NCBI RefSeq assembly: GCF_964355755.1
Contig: NC_092678.1
Location: forward strand, 12,212,352-12,276,351
Length of the DNA: 64,000 nucleotides
Direction of reading: 5' to 3'
From: Antedon mediterranea
Taxonomy: Eukaryota; Animalia; Echinodermata
Shown here: one piece after another, positions 1-15,400 of the stretch
Position numbering within the stretch: position 1 is the first letter of the stretch
Layout of the letters: each line of letters starts with the position of its first letter
Notes under the pieces: model-generated
What the model was told of the DNA's origin: nothing
The model's database searches: none
Seen by the model: only the letters and a program-made list of their open reading frames with translations
Translations under genes and position numbers: made by a program

Positions 1-99
1 GTACATAATTGAAATATTGGGACATACTTGAGAATGAATGACATTTTACCAGTTTAAAAGTACAAATTTATTGTAAATGGTTATCCTGCAATTTGGTCA

Positions 100-166
100 G
101 TTATGCCCAAATAAGGTCATGTTATGCCCAAATAAGGTCATGTTATGCCTAAATAAGGTCATGTTA
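100..166. repeat. 21-bp tandem repeat x3
   Basis: GTTATGCCCAAATAAGGTCAT repeated. Confidence 0.9.
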
Positions 167-187
167 TGTTTGATTTTAATGATTCAC

Positions 188-413
188 CTGATTGAGCTTC
201 TTCCTGTACTTCTTCTTGAATTCTTTCCATTTCAACATAAACTTTTTTGGTTTCTTTGTCATATTGTTTAATCCTTCTTCTATGGATCAGAAGAATGATA
301 AAGAAGAGAAGTATTGCAACACCTATTACTGAACAAACTACAATTATTTCTACTTGAATGTTGGAAGAATATTCGATGGGTCCAAACGTCACATTAATGT
401 TACCATGTTGAAT
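188..413 (-). CDS. Gene A transmembrane/juxtamembrane exon
   Basis: TTTCAG acceptor, hydrophobic stretch of ~22 aa, basic stop-transfer HRRR, acidic helix, phase-1 donor. Confidence 0.85.
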
Positions 414-3400
414 CTGAAATGAAAACAATTCAATTATACTACTATACGCTATTATTTTGTTTTCTGTACAATAATATCTTGAACTTTGATATTTAGCAGT
501 AGTTTAAAAAAAAGATTTAAAAAAATTCAAAAAAGCATTTAAAAACATAAATTCCCGCTTATTGAAGAATAGCATTTAAACAAAAACAATCATTAATTAG
601 AATATTATACAGATAATGAATGTTTACGAGTTGAATGGTGAGAATATTTAATAAGTTGAAAGATTGACTGCTCCCATTTAACGGGTAGCAAGATTACAAT
701 CATAGGTGTTATAAAATTCATTATTTTGTGATAAAAGATAATGTTCTATCAATTGCAGAACATTTGGCAATATCAGGAGCAGAGTATTTTACTTTTAAAT
801 GAGAGGTTACCTTTGGCTTTTAATTGAACTTCACTAACAATTCTATATAATAACATTATAAAGTAGTACTGTATCAGTACTTCAATAAATTTGAGAAAAA
901 TGTCCTTTTCTGTACCATGCTGTCTAAGAGGTTACTTTTAAAGTGAGTAATAATTAGATTATGATTCTTGTGATCAGAAACATTTGTTCACCTTAACAAT
1001 AGGATGATCTTCACCATCTACTGGATTAGGTTCCTTGTCTGGTACTTCAACAAGAACTACTGTACTTGTTATTGCATTTACAGTACATTTAACACTTCCT
1101 ATGAACACTTCAACATCCTCAACTTCACTTGCAAGGTTGATGTCAGAACCCTAATGTACAAAAGCATTTGTTAAATTAATAATAAATAATCACAATCAGT
1201 AAATTACTGATTCAATAAGGATTTGAAAAGTTCTTTTTTAAATTCAAAAATAAATGTAGCTCAATAATACACTTTACAAAAACCAACTATAATAGAACTA
1301 AATTCAATTATAAAAATTCTGAGATTTGTGTAAATATTTTGTGCAGTAGTGGAAACTAAGTTTGGTTGCCACTAGCAGGCATTGCATGATGTAAGCACAA
1401 CACAAGCAACTTGACCATCCATGAAACGATTCATGGATCGTCCATTGCATCATAATAGTCAAATTACTTGCGTTGTCAATTACATTCTTCCATTGTGCTA
1501 AGTAGAGTTGATTTAATGCTTTTACGCAATACACTGCTGAAGAAATAAAACTAGATATTTACCATCAACTTCATAAATTCATCAATATGTTTGTCATATC
1601 TGTATATTCCCTCTACTACAGTCTCTCCATAAAAAGACATATTATCAAAGGGATAATATATTGGATTAGGGTAAACTGAAAATCCAAAATCACCACTCAA
1701 TGCAGGAACGAAACCATCAAATGAAAAGGTCAAAGGTAAAACTGTCCGGTCTGTCTGTCGTCTGCTACGATAACCTGATGTGGAGAGATCAGCTGGTGGA
1801 CTTTCACAATCCATATCCTCATTTGACAGAATTATACAGTTCTGAAAAAACAACACATCATTTCTTTATTTATTATGTACATTAAAGAACAATTTACAAG
1901 GAATTTTCAAAATAATTAATTAATTTTCATAAAGTCATATACTTTGCTTAAATCTGACTAAACAATTCTACTTAGTAAACATTATAATCAAAATAAATAC
2001 ACAAAAGGCCTATATTGTGTAAATAAGACAGAAGAGAAATCAGAGTGTTAATGTTGGAAAACAAAAACATGATCTTAAAATTATCTTTACTTGATAATCA
2101 GATGCTTTTGGAGTTGATTTAATGTACTGAGCATTGAGTACAATTACATCAGAGAAGGGACTATGCTTGGTTCCTACTAGAGATGCAACACAAGGACGCA
2201 TGTAACATAAGTGATTTGACCAATCAGAAGCAATTGATTATTCCAACTGTTACTTTTCATTGGTCAACTCGCTTGCGTTGGGTCTACTTCCTTGAGTTGC
2301 GTCTCTAGTGGCAACCAAGCTTTAAAGCACTCAGATGTTATGGATATGGATTATAGATATATTCATATGGATGAATGATATGGATGTAAACATTGTTAAC
2401 ATTGAATGAAAACCTCTCTTTCTGTTGAAATTTATTATATTAGAAATGTAAATGTATCTAAAGCTTACATTTTCAGCTGATACGCTATTTAACAACATCG
2501 TTGCTTTCTGTACATATTGGAAATTTGTTCCGGTCACTCTGATGTTTTGACCACCTCTGCAAAAATAAGCATTTTAAACATTATCATTACATGGAATATG
2601 GTGCTTTAAGTATGAAGGAGTCAATTGATTTTACTTCCAATTCTTAAAGCCCAACATTGTCACATTGTTTTGTATAATAATTTGATACACTGACCTTTTG
2701 TCAAGGTCAGTACAGTTTGTATCTTACTATAGTAAACAACTCTGCAGGTCTGAACTAGACTAATTGCCCCAACTTTATATTATTGTCTTTTATTATTTTA
2801 GTCTACCAGTCAGTGTTTTCATTTTGTCCTGAAAGCTCAAGCAGTGTACGTATGAAAGGCCATATGTGTCAAAATATTTTTCTTTTTACTAATATTAAGT
2901 CAAAACTCCGTCAGGAACCCAGATTAGGTCTGAACATTCCTTAGACTATAATTCTCAAGTATTTTTTTAGATAATAAAATGTTTCTGTCCATTTACAAAA
3001 TTAAGTATATTAATCTCTCTTCTTCGAGGGCTTGCAGCTAAGGCTATCGCTTAGGTCTAGCATTTTCAGAACATTGTTGCTCGTCATTCTTTGCATCTCA
3101 TAACATAACACCAGCATTGGAACAGCTACATTGGTGGCCAGTTGAGAAGGGAGTAATGTACAAGATACTTCATCACATTTAAATCACTCCAAAACATGGC
3201 TCCAACATTTCTATCAAAAACATTTTCAAGCCAAAACGGACACCGAGGTCATCATCAGAGGTCATCACTCAGGCCTATACCTAGACAGCCTTAAAAAAAA
3301 TATAATGGACAACGCGCCTGTTTCTGGTCAGCTGCTGCTCTTTGGAACGCCCTTCCAAACTCAATCAGGAATGCCAAATCACTCGACACATTCAAACAAC

Positions 3401-6400
3401 TTCTCAAATCTCACCTTTTTATTTTGCATTTTCATTATTAAGCTTTTGCTCTTTTATAACATTTTCTGTTGATTGTTCAACGCTTTGAGATGCCCTGTAT
3501 TTTGCGGTATATTAAATTGAACATTATTATTATATAATTAAGAAAATTCTTCTTACGCTTGAATGCCTTTATTAGGTTGGAAGTCAGTCACTGTGGGATT
3601 TGTAGTGTAAGTAAATGTAGGACCATCTCTAACAGCATTTCCAAATGTAACTGTTACTGCAACTTCAGCTCCAGATGTTGTATAGTTTGATGTTGTACAC
3701 ATCATCTGGTTTTCACTGATACTGTAAAATGAAACAACAGTGGTTAGAATTTGGTAAAGATACATCCTTTTGAAGTATGCTCTAAAATTAGTAAAATAAT
3801 GGTCCAGAATTAGGATCCTGGTGTGGATTGTTATCAAAAAGTAATAGCGTGTTCCGTGACCATTACATCTATCTGTGGTTTAAAATCGGTAAAGATCTGT
3901 CTAATAAATAATGCAAAATATAACCTCCTTGGCAGTCGTAATAATCCTCCTTGGCAGTAGTAGTCAATCTATATACAAACTAGAAAGCCACTCCGAGAGG
4001 GCATACCTCCGCCTACTGTAAAATTCTCCTACATATGATTTCTCCGGTAAAAAAAATATATATATATATTTGTGTGTGTCTTAATGCTGTTTGTGATTTA
4101 GGCTAATTTCATTACAAGCATGTGTATGCGAGTTTGGTGTAATGGTTATGTAACAAGCCTTTCAGTTAACAATAGCTTCAGTTGACTAACAATAGAACAG
4201 CAACGCGAAAATCAAACGAGTGAATTTGAAAAGAAATAGGTTTTTTAAACTACTCGCATCAAAAAATGTGCACATTAAATCAAATTATGTTTTAAAATTA
4301 CAAATCACAAATTATAACTCTTGCCTCTTGTTAAAAAATTAAGTTTTTTGGACAAGTAGTTCTCGAGAAAATGCAATTTCAGTTTACTTGTTACTTTAAG
4401 ACTGCTCGCCGGCTTTTGAAAAATTCTGTCCTATCTTTTAACACTAGCAGGTCTAAAAAAGTATACTAAAAAGTGGTCCAGAATTGGGACTGTGGTCCCA
4501 AATGGTCCCAAAATTTAATGGAATGGTCCTTGACCACATATCTATCGGTCTATTCATTTTGGTAAAGATCTTGTAATTACTTTTTGAGTAATCCTGCTAA
4601 CAATCAAACAAACAAACACACGCTACCGATTACATACCTCCTTGGCGGAGGTAAATAAGATTTATTTTGTAACATAACCTGCAGCTGCGTTAGACTAGAC
4701 GATAATGTAAAGAATGTTATTTCGTACCTTGTAACATAACATTCACTTCCATCAATAGATACCATTACGTCATTCCCAGTGTTCAGATTGGATCCACTGA
4801 ATGTTAGTATAGTTCCACCAGCTTGAATGCCAAACCTTGGACTCAACTCAGATATAAGTGGATTCTAAAATGAAATAAAAAAATGTTTAATTTAATAAAT
4901 ATACTAATAAAACACAGGTATTACTATCTGTATGATTAATAATTGTTTTTAATATTTCAAACAAACAAATGTTTTTATACTTGTAACATGTTTAAAACAT
5001 AATATATTTATTGTATAAAATTGGTCAGCGGAAACTATTTTCATAAAATTGTTAATATCCTTCTCTTTTACTAGCAGAAGTGAACGTAGAAGAGGAGAGT
5101 GAAATTGCATTAATTTCACTCATATCTTGTTCTAGCAGGAGTGAAAGTAGAAGAAAAGAGTGAAATTGCATTAATTTCACTCTTATCTTGTTCTAGCAGG
5201 AGTGAAAGTAGAGGAGAAGAGTGAAATTGCATTAATTTCACTCTTATCTTGTTCTAGCAGGAGTGAAAGTAGAAGAAAAGAGTGAAATTGCATTAATTTC
5301 ACACTCTTATCTTGTTCTAGCAGGAGTGAAAGTAGAAGAAAAGAGTGAAATTGCATTAATTTCACTCTTATCTTGTTCTAGCAGGAGTGAAAGTAGAAGA
5401 AAAGTGTGAATGTATCTTCACTCTTCGCTGGTTCTAGTGTTCATTTTAATATCATGAATACCACAAGTTTACAATAAATATACATGATTACTGTAGAATA
5501 AACATTTTAAAATAACTTTAGTAATTATATAAAAATATTTATTAAGGTTGACTCTTCTACATTAAGGCAAGATTGTGAAATTTGAGTGAAAAAAATACCT
5601 GATAGAGTATGACTACAGGTGCACTTGTCTTTCCTTGAACAGTTATGATGACGTCACGTTGAGAGACACTATCAAACACAGGAGCTTTACATTTCACACT
5701 GTATATAGTAAATCATACAATTTCCTTTTTACTGATATACACCACAACAATAATTATAATAAAAAAAATAACATGCAATGTTACTCAATAATGCAAACGC
5801 AATAATGCATGGCACATGATGCTTAATAAACGAACCAATCAAATAGTTTATGGATTATGTGTGATAAGTTACAGAAGTGCTTTGTACTTCATCTTATGTT
5901 AGAATGGTGGTTTTCCATAAAAGTGTTTTTAGAAAATGTTTGTATAAGATCAGACAAATCTGAGGCATCTTAACATGGTAGCAGAGTTGTCAAAGATACC
6001 CGTCTGTAGGATGGGTATCAACTACTTATATTATGATCTGTTTTGCATTACATCAGTAAAAGCTGAATACATACAGTAGCAATCATAATATATTTACTTC
6101 TTGTCCATACACACATTATCACAATACACACAGAGAGAGGCATAGTTGGTTAAACTGAGGGTATTAACTGTGTTGTGCACTGAACCATGAAATAGGTTTG
6201 GTTCATGGTTCAATCGCCATCTCTCTGTGTTCTAACTTATGGGTTGGATTACATGCATATAGTGCACTATCTTCTGGATGAGATGTAAATCCGTTGGTCC
6301 TGTGTGCAACTTGGCTTATGTACAGCCATACGGATCTTACCAGAAACAAGTACAGACTTAGTGCTGCATAATTTAATGTAAAATTAAATATTAAAATACC

Positions 6401-9400
6401 TTTGTAAAGCTATGTTAAATCCATCAGCAACTATTACACATTCTTTGTTATCTATCATAATGTTGTCAATATCTGACATCATCTGTCCAAAATCAGTTCC
6501 AAACAGTTCAATGACCTCTGTGAAATCAGGTTCAGGTTGAGTAGTTACCGTAGCAACAGAAATGGGATGAGTCTGAACATAATATTAGTAAAACATAAAA
6601 GCATGATGGATATTTAAAAAAAACAAACATGATTGGTGTAATCATAAAAAAAAACAATATTGGATATTTTGGAGTAAAACCATTTGCTCAAATATCATAT
6701 ATACTCTTTCAGTACCATTTTCTTCTAATTTTCAGACTAATTGTTATTCTGCCACAAATATATACTGTAATATAAATTTCACACTATAAACTAGTAATAG
6801 AGGGCGACTAGTAAACACCATTTCAAACAAATTTAAGTTAGGCTAGGATGCTGGATTTTGAAGTAAAATAAAATGATTCCAATTACCTGAATAATAACAG
6901 GTGATGGACATTCATTCACTATTGATAAACAGAATAGACTGTAGGAACATTGGTCTCCAGTACACCAGACACAATCAAGTCCAGACCTAGTGGTGTTCAT
7001 TGAATAACATCGACTGCAGTCTGGACGTTGAACACTACACTTGTACAATGTAACTGGTAAAGAAAAATAGAGAAATTAATGTAAAAATGAAGCATTAACT
7101 GATAAAATATCATAAGCATTAGCATATCATAATCATTAGCATATTACGAAGGTGTTACTATGAGTTATGAGTTTGTGACTTTGTCTTTGAATATTAAAAT
7201 GCCGAAAACAACATAATGAAAGAATTATATATATTTTTTATCATATTTTGACATTGTTTGTATGTATAACATGGATGTATGCTAACTGACAAATGATGTT
7301 TATTCAATTGGTTTTATTCACTAGGTTTTGAAAACACGTCTCAAAGCCTGGTTGGATGAGAGTAGATAACATTAATATTATTTATGATAACATTTAAGGA
7401 TAAACTAAAAACTGTAATTCCTATAGGAACAATAATAATTGTGCAAACAAATACTCATTATCCACAGGTTTAACACCATAAAATAAGATATAATATTATT
7501 TGCACAGAATGACACCAGAAAGATCAGGGAATGAAGTAGGGATTTATAATAGTATACAAACAAATTGACTGTAATTTAAAGATAATATCATGCTGTTGTT
7601 TGAACAATGTGGTGTTGAGTCAATACTTAGTAAAGTAAATTGTTGTTAAACTTCCTGTTTAAAAGTTAAACAACCATTTTATGTTCATTAAAGAACAATG
7701 TACTATGTTAAAAACAGTTAATTGTCAGCTGAAACCACATCTCTGAACTGGGAACCTATCATAACCAGCTAAAAGGTTCAGATATTTTTTATTGTATTTA
7801 CATGTTTCATGTGGACAGCTTGTCTGACTAAATCAAGTTGAATTAAAGGGGTGAATACTGTTTATACGTAACTAAAACACCATGTCAAATTTATTTGGAA
7901 AACCAGACTATCAAGAATATGACACAGTTTGGGCAAACTTAAAGATTTTCAATGACTGGATAATGTTCTTTGGGTTTTTAAAAAGTTTTCTGACAAAAAA
8001 CTGGCAATATTAAAACGTTTTTTTTTATTCTCAATAATCTTTTTTTATTGATTAATTATTTATTTTATTTTATTTTATTTTATGTCTTTACGCAATGTGG
8101 CCAAGGATTACCAATAGTGAATTAATCACTGTCCTATCAGATAGGTGGTAATCACTGTCCTATCAGATAGGTGGTAATCCCCCTGATACAGGGGCTATTG
8201 TGTGAACCAGTTCACCGGGGTAACCCCCTACTCTTTTTCGAATAATGAACTGGGTTCTTTAAAGTACACACAGGTTATAACTGTGTACACTGGACCTACG
8301 GTTTATTTACTAGGAGCGAGTCGGCCTCGAACCCCTGCCGATGTTGTTGTTGGCTCTTAAGGTACGGTAAACGGCGCCCCTGCCTTAACCGCTCGGCCAT
8401 ATGACTCTTAATAACTCTTTGAATAAATTATCCCCAATTTGTAGCATAAATGAGACAGATTTGTGGTTGTTAAATGGCATTCTTAAAATAAATTAATGTT
8501 TGTGCACAATTTGATTGATTGCAGTTGACCTTGGGTGAACTACAGTAGCATTCCAAAGCTTGACCAGTTCTCAGCATTTTGGGTAATCTTAACGGTTTTT
8601 TTGTCCACTATACACCGCACACTGATTTACTGTTTTTTTTTAGCACAAAATAAGCAGAAACAGTCAATATAAAAATAGGGTTGTTAAAGAGGTACTAGGA
8701 ATACTGTATTTGTTTCAGGAGTTACATTTTTTTTAATGGAAAATTGAACAGGGGTATGTGGATATGATAACAAAATGTATGATGTTATGTTTACCAAGTA
8801 AATAATTGATTTAATGATATTTATCAATGTAAACAATCAGGTGAAACCAACCTTGATAAGCATTGTCAATTTCATTGTCGTTCCAAAATACTTTAATATA
8901 TGCGTTTACTTCCTGCTTGTCCTTAGCTGTGTAGTCATACTAAAAAGAAATGTTTCCAAAAAGCAATTAAAAGTACACTTGAATTTCACATAACATTTGG
9001 CATAATGCCAAGATGAAATGTGACATTTACAGCAAAATTATACCACAAAAACTTCCTGAAACAACAAGTTTTTGGAAGTGGAGTTGTTATCGAGAATTCT
9101 AGTGGATATGAATCAACTAACATGGAATTGGTAGCAAATCGTTATTAAGTAACAAGCTAGATACATCCATTCATTTTAAAATAATATCTCTATTAATTTC
9201 TGTTGTGGTTTTTAAAAATAGATTTAGGTCTAAGTTTAATAAATAATTATTACAGAGTAAATTTATGAATAGAAAATTAATGAAAAAACTTTATAACCAC
9301 TAAACTTTATAACCACTACTGTATCAGCAAACATAAATTTAATTACATATAGTTATAATAACTCTTTGTATATCTCTTGCTATTGAGATTAATTATCAAG

Positions 9401-12400
9401 CACTCTATAAAAGAGGTTTTGTAACACGTGTATGTACATGGTTAAGTTGTACCATGGACATAGGTCCATGGTTGAACTACAATGTGTCAATATTAATGTA
9501 ATATTTTTGTTTCATTATTCATTTGAATGTCACTAAATGCTATTTGATATGTGTACATTTAATCCATCTGTTCAAATGTCTTGGTTGCTACTATACTTAC
9601 AGTGTATTGTGAACATGTGATATTTGCGTTTGATTCATCAACTGATGCTGGAATTCTGACGGTTTGTGCTTCAATTTCCAACTCACATTCATAGCTGTTT
9701 ACCTACAATAAACAGCTCAGACAAATAAATGAACATTTATAATCTAGGTAGGTGTATATTGGTGCTTTTCTACATTATAAAGTAAACTTTCCTACCTATT
9801 AAACTAAAACAATTCTATATTAATACCCTACTGTATCTCTTGTGGGAATTGATTCCTGGAACCTTAAAGTGGACGGAAATCTCACACACATCTCACTACT
9901 ACGCTTCAAGTTCCTTTAATTATTTTATAATTAAGTTATTTATATAATATTGTGACCCATGGCTAATTAGCATATTGCATGGTCCTCCTGTGATTAAGTA
10001 ACATCTCTGTATTTAATGCACAGTGTGCTATTGTTCGCTCTCTGTTCGCTCACGGCTGGCATTGAGCTTATATGTATATGTTAACGCCAACATATGGTTT
10101 TCTGAGATTTAGTTGTTGTCTGGCCATCTTACTTTAACAATATTCATTGCAAACTAAAAGTATCAAAACTTCATTAATATAGTACTTAATCTACAAATTC
10201 ATTGAAGTTTTTAGTAGTGCACTTTTACCAGCTGATAAGTTTTATAAAAAGAATTTAAGTGCAAATTGCCTGCTATAAAACAGGAAGAAAGTTTAAATAA
10301 CTTGGTCTGTCAATGGGTAAAACTTCTTTTCCATTCACATTTTGAATGGAATATAAACATTGAATGGAATAACATTATTTGTCAGTTGAAATCATGCAGT
10401 GCAAGTATTATCATGACTGCACAGTAGTAAAACTCAAGAGTTGAAAACAAGTTTATTTGTGGAGAGTGAAAGAATTTTCAATAAATGAATGAATTAAAGT
10501 TCAGTTTATTTCAGTGTAAATTATCATGGAGGAAATAAATAAATAAAAATTATCAACTTTAAATGTTTACCTTTGTTGCATTTGGTAAATTCCAAATTGG
10601 TATTCTGACTTCTTTCCGTATATTTGCATGAATAAGTTCCTCATTTGGCTGATAAATTTGTGGACATGACCCTTGACCTTGAAAACCATTTGGTGGTGAT
10701 GTTGCCTACATATTTAAACAATAGCTTATAAGTGATATTATAACAATAATTATAACATTTTGGATGCAATAATTACATAGATAATTTTCTGTTTGTTCTT
10801 CACACCGATAACTGTAGATGATCTAATGGAAACTGTTAATACGAACCGTGGTAACTACTGTAGTACAAATATCACTACAATATTAAGAATACTCCATTAT
10901 TCTTACAAGTTCCATATCTGGCACCTAATATTCCATCTGCATAGATTAAAGTATCTTGCCTCAGGACACAAGGCATGCATCAGCCACATCCTAATATAAT
11001 TCCCATCAGCGTCATACTGTAAACTGAGCAACTCATTCGCACCTTAACAATCCCTTCCAAAAACAATTAGCCTAACCATGTTGTCTCAAAAGGTGCTTAT
11101 TTGAGCAATAGAAGTTCAGCTTCCATTTGACAGAACAAAAAAGGAAAAAGTCTTAATTAACTTACGTTTCCATTCAAAATAATTTTGTCGTCTGCTGTGC
11201 ACAATGTTGATGCATTATGGGTACATTTGTTGTCGTACACACACCAATCACAAGTAAAACTTGTAACACATTCAGAACAACTACAGTATTGAGAATAAAA
11301 ACAAAACAATGTTGTTATCTTATAACCGTTTGACACGCATGCCACCGATATAAAGATGTTGTTATTCTAATAAAGATAATTATTAAATCATATACTTCAT
11401 CATTTTTTTATGCAAAAATGAGGGCCACTATGTTTTAACACTGCAGCCAACTCCTATCACTGAATTAACATAAGTTGATCTATTTCATTGTATTTGACAA
11501 TTCTAAGCACAAATGCATACAGTAATTTGTTGATTGTAGGTATTGGTCTGACCAACAACTCCCTGGTCTGACCATTGCAAACGCATCACAGTTTGCTAAA
11601 GTTTAAATTCTTCTCAATTTCATGAATCCAATTAATTCATTTTTGCATATTTGTTTAGGTCCTGATAGTGTCCCCTTAATCTACTACTGTATACTATTTA
11701 GATTATAATATTGTTAATTGGAAATTAACCACTGGAATCAGTTGATACATTTAGGACCAGGTTATAATACTTGTTAAAATCAAAATACAGTAACTCACTG
11801 AGTTCAGATTTGATAGAGCACTATGAGTTTGTTATATTGAATAAAAGTACAGTTTTTGGTAAAAATGTAAGAACACAATTGTCCCACACCAACTTCCCTT
11901 TGATTCAAAAGAACCTTTTGTTATATACAAATAATAGGCTCAATTTAGGTAAAGTTATTGTTAAAATACAATTCAGTAACAATACAGAAAACTTTAACAA
12001 CAGAATCAAATCCTTGATGACATAATAGAGAGGTTTACAGTTCTGGTTTCAGTGACAGCAAGTCAGAGGCTGACAAGTTAATACCAAGAAACAGTAAAAG
12101 CAAACATTGTTGTATTTCGTATGCTTGATTAAATAACCTGATTAATAAAGTATGTGAATGAATGGCATTAAAGCATACTTGACTGCACAGGCAAGTCAAG
12201 CAAATGCTGTCAAATAGTTGATCAAGATTGCATATATAATTATACCATGGAACTTCCTGGTCACTTATAATTAGCCTAGGTATGTCCATATGCCTGTTCG
12301 ACATCATGTTACATTTTCTGTGAGGGTTGTAAAGATCATTCAGGAAAGCAATCATCCTTACAAACCTATACATTTACCAGGCTTACTACTATCTACTCCA

Positions 12401-15400
12401 AATAACACAAATATTAACTTAACTTAATTCAACAACTAGACATGTAACTCGTCACTTTGACGAGTTTGGTTATCCGCCGCGCAAGTGGTGCAACATTAAC
12501 ATTAAGGGGATAGGTTGAGGACAAAAGGAAGTGTTCACGTTGGCATTATGACCTGAACTGAAGAATATGATCTGTTGTTATTGCTGAATTTTATTATTTA
12601 AATTCATATATAGTATACACAGTATAATCTGTATCCATATCACATACAGTGTAGAATAGGTGAAATTACGGGACCCGCTATTTATTGCAATTTTTAACAT
12701 GTTGATGGTTTTAAAATGAAACGCGAAGTTAGCAATTCCGAAAGCAAATTATCTCAGCAACAACGTATTAGCGTGTAGAAGAAATTTGAATACGTTAAAT
12801 ATTGATGCGCGCTCTTTTAAATGTAATGAATTATGACGAAAAAGATGAAAATACGACCTTTTTTATTTAACTGGCCATATGATGACGTCACAACATCCGA
12901 TTGGCAACATTTTTACATAATTTCATATCTACAATCCAATAGCTTCCAGAAAAAGTTTTAATCGTGATTATCACATTTTATTCTTACGAGCTATAACAGA
13001 TTAAAATTTACTGTAAAGATGAAATTGATGCCACACGTGATTTAAATTTTTAGGCATGATGACGTCAAAACAATTAAAATATTTTTAACTCATGCGAAAG
13101 ATAGTTGATTGACCTAGACAATATCAAAATCGGGGTGAAAATGGAAAACGGATAAGTGGAGATGCGCTCTATTCAATGTGATGAGCTATGACGAAAGATA
13201 CAAAAATACTAAATTTTATATTCGCGTGGCCATACGATGACGTCACAATGTCCGGTTAGCCATATTAATACCTGATCCGATATCTACAACTCATCTACTT
13301 CCAGAATATGTCATCCACAAAAATTTGACCGTCTAGTTTAGAAATTACGACTGTTTAAAAAAAGGCATATTTTAAACGAATTTTTTAACCTTTTCATAAA
13401 AAACGCGCGCAAATTGTCCAATTCGACGTGCTCGTATGACGTATCTTTAAGTCGAAATTGTTTAAAATTTGGTAAAATTACTAGAAAAGGCTGGAAAAAC
13501 ATAAATCACGCGAAAAAAATACGTTTTCAATGCTACGTGCGCACCGCACACGTAGAAATGTGCGCACGCGTGGGAATTTTTGACATGCTTAAAACGACAT
13601 GAAACGCGTAGAAAGTTGATTATAAATAAATTTTGCGCATTTTGAAATTTTAAATGTGCGTGCGCGCGTAACTTTGTGTAAAACACGCAATTTTTTTTCA
13701 ACAGAAATTTAGCGCATGATATAAATTAAACTTTTGCAAAGTTTCACTTTAAAATGTTATTTGGTTTTCGACATATGTTAAATACGATAAAATCGTTAAA
13801 TCGCGCGTACGTCACGTTGCGCAATTGTAAACATCATGAAAAGCTTCGCTTGACGACGTTACATAAATGTCAAAATGTTAACATAGTTAACAAAATGTTA
13901 TGTTTGCGAGTTTTAGAGAAAAGCGTTACACAAAAATCATACAGAAAGAAAGAAGAAGAATAAAAAGTTGACTAGACATGTAACTCGTCACTTTGACGAG
14001 TTTGGTTATCCGCCGCGCAAGTGGTGAAACATTAACATTAAGGGGATAGGTTGAGGACAAAAGGAAGTGTTCACGTTGGCATTATGACCTGAACTGAAGA
14101 ATATGATATGTTGTTATTGCTGAATTTTATTATTTAAATCCATATAGTATACACAGTATAATCTGTATCCATATCACATACAGTGTAGAATAGGTGAAAT
14201 TACGGGACCCGCTATTTATTGCAATTTTTAACATGTTGACGGTTTTAAAATGAAACGCGAAGGTAGTAATTCCGAAAGCAAATTATCTCAGCAACAACGT
14301 ATTAACGTGTAGAAGAAATTTGAATACGTGAAATATTGATGCGCGCTCTTTTAAATGTAATGAATTATGACGCAAAAGATGAAAATACGACCTTTTTTAT
14401 TTAACTGGCCATATGATGACGTCACAACATCCGATTGGCAACATTTTTACATAATTTCGTATCTACAATCCAATAGCTTCCAGAAAAAGTTTTAATCGTG
14501 ATTATCACATTTTATTTTTACGAGCTATAACAGATTAAAATTTACTGTAAAGATGAAATTGATGCCACACGTGATTTAAATTTTTAGGCATGATGACGTC
14601 AAAAAAATTAAAATATTTTTAACTCATGCGAAAGATAGTTGATTGACCTAGACAATATCAAAATCGGGGTGAAAATGGAAAACGGATAAGTGGAGATGCG
14701 CTCTATTCAATGTGATGAGCTATGACGAAAGATACAAAAATCCTAAATTTTATATTCGCGTGGCCATACGATGACGTCACAATGTCCGGTTAGCCATATT
14801 AATACCTGATCCGATATCTACAACTCATCTACTTCTAGAATATGTCATCCACAAAAATTTGACCGTCTAGTTTAGAAATTACGACTGTTTAAAAAAAGGC
14901 ATATTCTAAACGAATTTTTTAACCTTTTCATAAAAAACGCGCGCAAATTGTCCAATTCGACGTGCTCGTATGACGTATCTTTAAGTCGAAATTGTTTAAA
15001 ATTTGGTAAAATTACTAGAAAAGGCTGGAAAAACATAAATCACGCGAAAAAAAAACGTTTTCAATGCTACGTGCGCACCGCACACGTAAAAATGTGCGCA
15101 CGCGTGGGAATTTTTGACACCTTTAAAACGACATGAAACGCGTAGAAAGTTGATTAGAAATTAATTTTGCGCATTTTGAAATTTTAAATGCGCGTGCGCG
15201 CGTAACTTTGTGTAAAACACGGAATTTTTTTTCAACAGAAAGTTAGCGCATGATATAAATTAAACTTTTGCAAAGTTTCAAGTTGAAATGTTATTTGGTT
15301 GTCGAGCTATGTTAAATACGAAAAAATCGTTAAATCGCGCGTAAGTCACGTTGCGCAATTGTAAACGTCATGAAAAGCTTCGCTTGACGACGTTACGTAA

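Noticed and set aside
159-187. Stop after ..GESLKSNIT suggesting gene A is also tail-less
   Set aside because: A good phase-1 donor (CAG|GTGAAT) at 188/187 matches the usual plexin juxtamembrane junction, so the gene probably continues beyond the window edge.
5072-5405. Regular repeats resembling a CRISPR array; ORF 5183..5365
   Set aside because: No unique spacers and eukaryotic context; it is a simple minisatellite and the ORF is a by-product.
11771-12373. ORFs 11771..12025 and 12035..12373
   Set aside because: Intronic, no recognisable motifs, and not preserved as ORFs in the homologous gene B intron.
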